Shown here: positions 41,580 through 41,690 of the stretch, one piece after another | Position numbering within the stretch: the first letter of the stretch is position 1 | Layout: every line of letters starts with the position of its first letter | NCBI GenBank assembly: GCA_021828665.1 | Contig: JAJZDH010000002.1 | Span: 1 to 41,690 of the forward strand | DNA: 41,690 nt | Reading direction: 5' to 3' | Origin: Thermoplasmata archaeon | Lineage (GTDB): Archaea; Thermoplasmatota; Thermoplasmata; Lutacidiplasmatales; UBA184 | Notes under the pieces: generated by a model | The model's database searches: none | What the model was told of the DNA's origin: nothing | What the model saw: only the letters and a program-made list of their open reading frames with translations | Program-made: the position numbers and the translations under genes

Positions 41580-41690
41580 TGGCTCCGGCCGGGGGGCGAC
41601 GCGCTAACGTACGGAGATGCCCCCGGCCCCGACGGTCCCGGGCGGGAGCCCGCCGGCCGGGATCGCCGCCGCTCCGCTCCGGCCGGCCGT

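Noticed and set aside
1-41690. CRISPR arrays, transposases/integrases, prophage or defence islands
   Set aside because: I saw no regularly spaced identical repeats of 24-40 nt. No ORF has transposase, integrase, restriction, toxin-antitoxin or cas signatures. The only nuclease is the solitary Cas4-like gene, reported separately.

Overview
This is a very GC-rich archaeal chromosomal segment. The archaeal call rests on TFB, aEF-1beta, a two-subunit archaeal PheRS, PurP, AglB/STT3 and uS2 next to enolase. The gene set looks euryarchaeal or Thermoplasmatota-like, but the lineage cannot be fixed from sequence alone.

I support 33 protein-coding regions, mostly housekeeping and central metabolism:
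- two tandem ACT-domain regulator paralogs with a convergent C2H2 zinc-finger gene between them
- an orphan PKD + family-5 solute-binding surface protein
- sat-cysC
- pheS-pheT
- methylmalonyl-CoA mutase large subunit plus epimerase
- eno-rps2
- a TrmB-type regulator
- tfb
- a Cas4-like PD-(D/E)XK nuclease
- purP
- an ABC-2 exporter pair
- an ArsB/NhaD-type permease
- a minus-strand array: aglB, surface protein, Zn-ribbon, aEF-1beta, YdjM-like hydrolase
- a six-gene minus-strand operon: IPMS/HCS-family synthase, leuC, leuD, leuB, thiolase, DUF35

I recognised no rRNA, tRNA, CRISPR array, transposase, integrase or prophage content.

The many very long ORFs in the track that lie antisense to, or out of frame with, these genes are high-GC shadow ORFs.

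Items most worth a second look:
1. A 2,199-aa AglB whose normal-length STT3 core is fused to about 1,290 aa of sequon-rich beta-sandwich repeats ending in a second membrane anchor. A small sequon-rich membrane protein is translationally coupled to it.
2. Leucine-type 2-oxoacid elongation genes translationally coupled to a thiolase/DUF35 pair, with no HMG-CoA synthase.
3. An orphan Cas4-like Fe-S nuclease with a 138-aa C-terminal extension.
4. Long non-coding spacers that are more GC-rich than the genes and share exact C-rich words.
5. A regular leaderless promoter geometry, with an A/T hexamer 21-26 nt before ATG/GTG, which refines several start codons.

All assignments come from reading the translations by eye. 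No database search was run.
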